Below are positions 58,514 through 64,000 of a stretch of 64,000 nucleotides of DNA, in pieces (positions within the stretch are counted from its first letter, which is position 1; each line of letters opens with the position of its first letter). The stretch lies in the NCBI GenBank assembly GCA_038065415.1, contig JBBTRA010000003.1, positions 9,314 through 73,313 of the forward strand, in the 5' to 3' direction. The translations under genes were made by a program, and so were the position numbers. The notes under the pieces were generated by a model. The model made no database searches, was not told where the DNA came from, and saw nothing but the letters and a program-made list of their open reading frames with translations. This stretch comes from Patescibacteria group bacterium. Its GTDB lineage: Bacteria > Patescibacteriota > Minisyncoccia > Phycocordibacterales > PALSA-1337.

Positions 58514-60226
58514 TCACCTATCCGGCGGCACATTGTAGTAACTGATCAAAAACTTGGTGAGATCATGAAAAGGCTCCGCCAATGTCTCCGACGCATACTG
58601 CGCTCCCTTCGGATGTTTTTGATACAAGAAAACAAGGAACTTGGCATCGTACGCCGGAAAATACCCGAAGAACGAGTGCAGATAACGGTCATCGTAATAC
58701 TTCTTGTTAACTGAATCGGGGATCTGAGCAGTTCCTGTCTTGGCTGCCACGCTGTACCCATCTATCTTGAGCGCACCTTGACGCAGAGAATCATCAACCA
58801 CTTTGACCAACATTCGGGTTACATCTTCAGAGCTTCCCTCTTTGAGTACACGGAAGCTTTCACCATGATCGACAACCATTTTGCTCCCATCGACATAGTC
58901 GATCTCTTTTACAAAATGTGGTCGGACCAGCATGCCGCCATTGGCAAGTGCCGCCAATGCGCGCGTGATGGCTATTGGTGACATAGCAATACCTTGCCCA
59001 TACGCAGCCGTAGCAATTTCCACATCACGTGCAGACTTGAGATTGTCCATGAGACCAGTTGCTTCGTTGGGCTGATCCACACCTGTCTTCTCGCCAAGAC
59101 CAAACAATTTGAAATAGTCAGTGAACTCACCTTTGCCCACCTTGAGCGCCACCGTTGCCGCACCGATGTTGAGAGATTGACTGAGGATCTCCTGCACATT
59201 CACGCGACCACGAGCCTTACCGTCATAGTTGGAGATCTTCCTACCATCGAGCGTCATTGTACCTGTATCGTCATAGGTCGAAGCTGGAGTGATGGCGCCC
59301 GTATCGAGACCCACAGCGACCGTGAGCGGCTTCAGGATAGATCCCATCTCATAGACATGCTCGATGAGTGGGTTCGAGAGTACGGATGCACTTTCGATCT
59401 TGGAAAGGTCATTGGGGTCAAATGTGGGCAGTGCAGCGGCGGCGATAATCGCTCCCGTCGCAGGATCGATGATAATACCGCCGATCTCGTCGGGTCGCCA
59501 GGTGGAGCTCGTCTTACTAAGAACCTTCTCTAGATACGCTTGAACCGTCGGCTCGAGCGTAGTCACAATATCCCCTTCACCCTCAGGGTCTCCAGTCAAC
59601 AATCCTGAACCTCCCGTGAAGAGCTGAGCAAAAACAGAACTACCCGCACCGGACGCATTCCTGCTAAGCACGTCGTTGTATGCACGCTCCAACCCATATT
59701 TACCTTCGATGACACCTTGGTCATTCTCTCCAATAATACCGATCACATGTGCCGCAGTCTCACCTCCTGGGTATGAGCGCTTGCTCTCCTTGGTAACATC
59801 AATCCCCGGAAGCGTGAGTACTCGAATCGATTGAGCCGTGCTCTCATCCACTTTGCGGGCAATCTCTTCATACGGATCTCCTGTGAGTGTCGTCTTCGTC
59901 ATGAAGTCGTCACGATCTATATCCATATAATGCGAAAGTGCATCGTATGCACCAGCAGCATCGGTAATGAGTTTGGGAGTCATCGAGACCACATAGGTGC
60001 TCGCCAGCGTAGCTGCCGCAGGATGACTATCATTCTTGCCACTCATGAATATCGTGCCGCGATCGAGTGCCTTTGCCCATGGGCGGATGTACTGCTTATT
60101 CGCCTTTGCTATATATGACGAACCGTTGGTGATCTGTATGGAGTAGAGCGTAAGTGCTAGGCCGCAGGCAGCTGCGACAATACCGCCCAAGACGATGCGT
60201 GCGCGTAATCGTTGACTAGAGTTCAT
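58514..60226 (-). CDS. ftsI: Class B penicillin-binding protein (FtsI-like)
   Basis: SxxK (GSILK), SxN (SLN), KTG (KTGTAQ); within the mraZ-rsmH operon. Confidence 0.9.
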   Translation of the reverse strand: MNSSQRLRARIVLGGIVAAACGLALTLYSIQITNGSSYIAKANKQYIRPWAKALDRGTIFMSGKNDSHPAAATLASTYVVSMTPKLITDAAGAYDALSHYMDIDRDDFMTKTTLTGDPYEEIARKVDESTAQSIRVLTLPGIDVTKESKRSYPGGETAAHVIGIIGENDQGVIEGKYGLERAYNDVLSRNASGAGSSVFAQLFTGGSGLLTGDPEGEGDIVTTLEPTVQAYLEKVLSKTSSTWRPDEIGGIIIDPATGAIIAAAALPTFDPNDLSKIESASVLSNPLIEHVYEMGSILKPLTVAVGLDTGAITPASTYDDTGTMTLDGRKISNYDGKARGRVNVQEILSQSLNIGAATVALKVGKGEFTDYFKLFGLGEKTGVDQPNEATGLMDNLKSARDVEIATAAYGQGIAMSPIAITRALAALANGGMLVRPHFVKEIDYVDGSKMVVDHGESFRVLKEGSSEDVTRMLVKVVDDSLRQGALKIDGYSVAAKTGTAQIPDSVNKKYYDDRYLHSFFGYFPAYDAKFLVFLYQKHPKGAQYASETLAEPFHDLTKFLISYYNVPPDR

Positions 60227-60548
60227 GTCCCGCCAGAGCTACACGGCCCAGAGAGGCGCGCGAGATGAAGGCGCTGACTTCGGCCTGGCCATAGCCATAC
60301 ACATCGAGAGTGTCAGGGGTTATATTCTTGGATATGCCGAGATACTGAGCGTCGAGAGCCTGGACGGAAGCATTGAGCTCTTTGGCCTCCTGTGTGATGT
60401 GCTGAAGAGCGACAGTGTGTGAAATGACGCGGTAGAGATTGGCCGCATAGAACAGCGCAGACACAATACAACCCATGAGAAGCGCCGTCGTGATACTGCG
60501 GCGATAAGTGTGGGCGATCGTATAGGTTTGTGCGAGTGCTTTGGTCAT
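60216..60548 (-). CDS. FtsL-like bitopic protein
   Basis: TM plus coiled coil at the ftsL position between rsmH and ftsI (synteny inference). Confidence 0.65.
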   Translation of the reverse strand: MTKALAQTYTIAHTYRRSITTALLMGCIVSALFYAANLYRVISHTVALQHITQEAKELNASVQALDAQYLGISKNITPDTLDVYGYGQAEVSAFISRASLGRVALAGHEL

Positions 60549-60553
60549 GTGTG

Positions 60554-61450
60554 TTATTTCTCTAAGATTCGTAATTTTGCGCTTCTCGATCTTGGATTCT
60601 CTGCCCTCTCTTGATCTGAAGCGATGATCGGCTTCTTCGTAAGTGCTTTTGAGCCGTACAACGCTTTCTTTTTATAAAAATCTTTGACGATGCGGTCTTC
60701 CAGACTATGAAATGATATGACTGCCATTCGTCCTCCCATACTCAGACTCTTGTATCCCTTCTCAAGTCCTTCTCGGAGTGCATCGAGCTCATCATTGACT
60801 GCGATGCGTATAGCCTGGAATGTTCTGGTCGCCGGATGTATCTTGCCTCTCCTATAAAATCCAGGTACCGACGAAGAGATGATCTCTGCAAGCTCTCCTG
60901 AGGTCTCGATCTGCTTCTTGGTCCGATATGCAACGATGGCACGAGCAATGCGGCGAGCGAACCTTTCTTCTCCGTAACCGAAGATGACATTTGCGATAAC
61001 TTCTTCCTCCCATGTGTTGACGATCGTGCGGGCAGTGAAAGGATATTTTGCAGGATCACCCATGGTCATGAGGAGTGGCTCGTCTTTCTGGAAGCTGAAT
61101 CCCCTACCAGAAGCATCGAGCTCATCCGAAGAGATACCCAGATCGAGCAAGAAGAGATCTACCGCTTCGATACCATGCTTGGTAAGGGCCTCATCAAGGG
61201 TGCGATAGTCCTGATTTTCCAGGATGACCTTAGTTGCTTTGCCCTGCAATGATTTCTCAGCTCGTATGACTGCCTGAGGGTCTCTGTCGAGACCAACGAC
61301 GGTCAATTTACCCTTGAAGGCTTTGGCGACAGCTAGCATGTGTCCTGCGCCACCGAGAGTACCATCAAGATATATGGGTTCGATCTTTTTCGAAGCCATA
61401 AATGCTTCGACGATCTCATGTAAAAGAACCGGTTCGTGCACGCTCTGCAT
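60554..61450 (-). CDS. rsmH: 16S rRNA m4C1402 methyltransferase
   Basis: HEPVL, DGTLGGAGH, DLGISS, SFHSLEDR, NPRSRSAKLR. Confidence 0.97.
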   Translation of the reverse strand: MQSVHEPVLLHEIVEAFMASKKIEPIYLDGTLGGAGHMLAVAKAFKGKLTVVGLDRDPQAVIRAEKSLQGKATKVILENQDYRTLDEALTKHGIEAVDLFLLDLGISSDELDASGRGFSFQKDEPLLMTMGDPAKYPFTARTIVNTWEEEVIANVIFGYGEERFARRIARAIVAYRTKKQIETSGELAEIISSSVPGFYRRGKIHPATRTFQAIRIAVNDELDALREGLEKGYKSLSMGGRMAVISFHSLEDRIVKDFYKKKALYGSKALTKKPIIASDQERAENPRSRSAKLRILEK

Positions 61451-61451
61451 G

Positions 61452-61892
61452 CTAGTTGGTTTCTGGTTTGCCCAGTTTCTCTGCGAGCTGGTCCGCCTTG
61501 GACTCAACATCGCTCACATAGGCATCCCATGCAGCTTCATTCCACAACTCGACGCGATCCTTCACGCCGACGAAGACAACTGTGGTTTCGAGGTTGGCGC
61601 GGTGGCGCAAGCGTTCGGGGAGAAGCATGCGACCCACTGCGTCAACCTCGACTTCAACCGCCCTGCCCAAGAGGTAGCGGTTGAAGCCGCGATTGTCCGC
61701 TTGCAACATAGAGGAACCAGACATCGACAAGCGACCCGAGACTTTTTCCCACTCATCCACCGTAAAGATGAAGAGGCAGGAGTCCAAGCCTGGAGTCACC
61801 ACCACGCGCTTCCCCATTTCCTTGCGGAACTTGGATGGAAGCGACAGGCGGTTCTTGTCGTCGATAGTGTGCCTGTATTCCCCGATGAGCAT
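61452..61892 (-). CDS. mraZ: Transcriptional regulator MraZ
   Basis: GEYRHTIDDKNRL..P.KFR, D.VGR.LLP, VGV.DRVELW. Confidence 0.97.
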   Translation of the reverse strand: MLIGEYRHTIDDKNRLSLPSKFRKEMGKRVVVTPGLDSCLFIFTVDEWEKVSGRLSMSGSSMLQADNRGFNRYLLGRAVEVEVDAVGRMLLPERLRHRANLETTVVFVGVKDRVELWNEAAWDAYVSDVESKADQLAEKLGKPETN

Positions 61893-61930
61893 TGTGCGCG
61901 GGAGATGAAATGGCGTTACTTTTAAAATTT

Positions 61931-61968
61931 ACCACTTCTTCCCACTTGATGGATATTATATCCCACTT
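61931..61968 (-). promoter_or_regulatory. MraZ-box repeats (AAGTGG) overlapping the -10 element
   Basis: Minus strand AAGTGGGA-TATAAT-..AAGTGGGA-AG-AAGTGG; CCACTT at 61932, 61942 and 61963, roughly 10-bp phasing as known for MraZ operators. Confidence 0.75.
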
Positions 61969-62077
61969 TAGGTTTTTTTGATACAAACTAGGGCTGTGGA
62001 TAACGATAGAAAAGCGTTATCTCGGAGCAGTCCCCGCAGGGGGGGGTAACGTGAATTCGGTGATTCGTGTACATAAA

Positions 62078-62106
62078 AAATCCCGTCGCAAAAAATGACG
62101 GGATTT
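62078..62106 (-). terminator. Intrinsic terminator
   Basis: AAATCCCGTC..GACGGGATTT with a U-tract on the minus strand. Confidence 0.8.
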
Positions 62107-62135
62107 AACGATGGGAATACATGGAACAGAATCTA

Positions 62136-62684
62136 TCACGTGAGAACCGGGATTTTGTCATACCAACCCCAATCTTTTGACTCTTTTTTCATCAATTCCA
62201 GGGCATCCTTCACATTTTCTTGCAAACGAAGCTCGATAGCGAGGAAAATCGTTTCCTTATCAAAGAGAGGCAGGAAGAGGCCGATCATGGGTTCCCACGC
62301 CCCACTCAAGAAATATCCGGAAACATGCTCGGAAATGGGAGTATGCGTTATCGGCACATCTCGATCCCAACCAGGTTCCCATACAAGAACATCTCCAGGG
62401 CGCATGGTCATGAATACGTCCCCTCTACTGTTTTGGATGCCCTCTTGACGAAGTGCAATCCACGCACAATGGTGACGCCACCCGCGCTCAGGTCGAGACA
62501 ACGAGTGTATCGCTCGCGTACGATGTGCGGTAATGGCGATCTCGTTCATTTGTTTGGCAAGGGGGAAATCCTCGCACCTGACGAGCTTGGCCAGGTTTTC
62601 TTTTGAACAAAACCGATCGTACAACTCCCAAAAAGCAGGACTGCCGAATTCTGGATTTATGACTGACGGAAACAGAGCATTCAT
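62136..62684 (-). CDS. Hypothetical protein
   Basis: 182-aa ORF bounded by hairpins on both sides. Confidence 0.6.
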   Translation of the reverse strand: MNALFPSVINPEFGSPAFWELYDRFCSKENLAKLVRCEDFPLAKQMNEIAITAHRTRAIHSLSRPERGWRHHCAWIALRQEGIQNSRGDVFMTMRPGDVLVWEPGWDRDVPITHTPISEHVSGYFLSGAWEPMIGLFLPLFDKETIFLAIELRLQENVKDALELMKKESKDWGWYDKIPVLT

Positions 62685-62763
62685 GCTGTAGCCTTTAATT
62701 TGATTGTATCTGGAACAACTGAAAACAGCCTACTTCCGCAGGCTGTTTTAGTCAATCTAGACA

Positions 62764-63999
62764 CTACTCCACATACTGCGCACCTTTCTCGTACAATTTG
62801 AGCGGAATATTCTTGAGATTATTCAATATTGGCATCATGAATTTCCAGGAAGCCATAATCTCATTCGTCGAAGCAAAGAGTGTCTGATCGCCGATGAAAG
62901 CATCGCGAATGAGGCGTTCATAATCGTCAGGTATCTCCTCGAAGGACGCAGCATCTGCATACTTAAACTTGAGTGTCTTGGCCTCAGTCTTGAAATCATA
63001 CCCCGGAGCCTTCACAAAGAAGCGTACGCGGATACCCTCATCCGGCTGTATCCTGAATGTAAGGATGTTCGGACCATTTCCGCCAGCCTTCCCTTTGTCT
63101 TTTTTGCTTTCTTTGAAATAAATATCAATCTCAACTTTTGATTCTGCGAGTGCCTTGCCACTCTCAAGATAGAACGGGACCCCCTTCCAGCGTGCCGAAT
63201 TGACATTGGCTTGTATGCGAAAATATGTCTCCGTTTGCGAAGTTGGCAGGACTCCCGGCTCCTGCATGTACCCCATATATTGTCCACGCACGACCTGCTT
63301 GCGTATATCCTTCAACGCGAGACTCTTCAGTCGCGACAAGACCTTGGCGCGCTCCGCTCGAATACCACCCGCAGTAAGCGATTTTGGGGCTTCCATAGCG
63401 ATTGCAGCAAGCATCATCAACATATGATTCTGCCCTACATCTTTGATAGCTCCAATCGGATCATAGAAAGCGCCCCTGCCATCAGTAGTGTTCTTCTCAA
63501 AAAGTTTGATGTGTACTTTGTCTACATATTTCCTGTTCCAGAGCGGCTCGAACATCGAGTTCGAGAAGCGGAACGCCAGAATATTCTGCAGGACTTCCTT
63601 GGCTAGATAGTGATCGATGCGGAATATCTGTTGTTCTTTGAAAAGCGACCCGAGGAGCTTGTCGAGTTTGCTCGCCGTCTCGATATCACTGCCAAAAGGC
63701 TTCTCAATCAAGATGCGTGTCCAACCCATCCCATCATCACAGGCTTCCGCCAATCCAGACTTGGAAACATGCGTGAGAATGCCTTCGTAGAGGGCTGGTG
63801 GGACCGAGAGATGAAAAAGTTTATTGGAACACTGCCCCCAGCGGTCGTCGATATTTTTGAGTTTGGAGGCAAGCCGAGTATAGGCGCCAAGGTCATCAAA
63901 CATGCCCTGTTCATACGACATGTGATCGAGGAAGTGTTTGATATCTTCCTCACGGAATTGTCCCGGACGCACATTCATACGCTCACGAATGAACTCACG
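62764..63999 (-). CDS. zwf: Glucose-6-phosphate 1-dehydrogenase, 5'-truncated by the window edge
   Basis: IEKPFG, FRIDHYLAKE, DVGQNH, RWKGVPFYL..GK, YERL. Confidence 0.97.
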   Translation of the reverse strand, partial: REFIRERMNVRPGQFREEDIKHFLDHMSYEQGMFDDLGAYTRLASKLKNIDDRWGQCSNKLFHLSVPPALYEGILTHVSKSGLAEACDDGMGWTRILIEKPFGSDIETASKLDKLLGSLFKEQQIFRIDHYLAKEVLQNILAFRFSNSMFEPLWNRKYVDKVHIKLFEKNTTDGRGAFYDPIGAIKDVGQNHMLMMLAAIAMEAPKSLTAGGIRAERAKVLSRLKSLALKDIRKQVVRGQYMGYMQEPGVLPTSQTETYFRIQANVNSARWKGVPFYLESGKALAESKVEIDIYFKESKKDKGKAGGNGPNILTFRIQPDEGIRVRFFVKAPGYDFKTEAKTLKFKYADAASFEEIPDDYERLIRDAFIGDQTLFASTNEIMASWKFMMPILNNLKNIPLKLYEKGAQYVE

Positions 64000-64000
64000 G

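Noticed and set aside
6859-61510. N-terminal extensions in the ORF track (rplM, grpE, cysS, corA, gltX, rpoB, valS, DUF4446, rsmH)
   Set aside because: They overlap neighbouring genes or promoters; downstream ATGs match the family N-termini.
46120-62003. oriC
   Set aside because: The DnaA-box-like sites are isolated, not clustered, and dnaA/dnaN are absent from the window.
1-64000. Alternative genetic code (TGA=Gly), inteins or group I introns
   Set aside because: TGA terminates conserved genes (gltX, pilB, scpA) at the expected ends; RpoB, RpoC and the synthetases show no large insertions.

Overview
This 64-kb window is housekeeping-rich chromosome from a small-genome bacterium, most likely Patescibacteria/CPR (Parcubacteria-like). 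That placement is inferred from the C-terminally shortened AlaRS and ValRS, ScpAB, a GWAW-repeat secreted protein, the reduced type IV pilus genes and core genes lacking Shine-Dalgarno (SD) sites. TGA is used as a stop, so the code is 11. The window holds the alpha ribosomal-protein operon (infA-rpmJ-rpsM-rpsK-rpsD-rpoA-rplQ-rplM-rpsI), grpE/dnaK/dnaJ interleaved with orphan genes, five aminoacyl-tRNA synthetases, cell-wall and division genes (mraZ-rsmH-ftsL-like-ftsI-murF; ftsW-murG; scpAB), a minimal pilB/pilC/minor-pilin operon, typA, truB, rpoBC, rpsP-khpA-trmD, iscS, a cold-shock gene, tRNA-Glu(CTC) and partial zwf. I saw no CRISPR array, transposase or prophage. The most unusual signal is non-coding, at 38137-38392: a tRNA-like RNA with an Ala-type G3.U70 acceptor stem, a GAC loop and a T-loop, a hairpin insertion and no D-arm. 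Directly downstream is a ~70-nt small RNA with its own promoter and terminator, whose 5' end is perfectly complementary over 16 nt to the tRNA-like RNA, including the GAC. Other candidates are a nested inverted-repeat element upstream of a lytic transglycosylase, a tandem pair of degenerate adenylate-kinase-like genes, a RAP-motif ORF in the chaperone cluster, widespread near-leaderless promoters versus SD-bearing orphan genes, and a 59-aa pilin missed by the ORF track.
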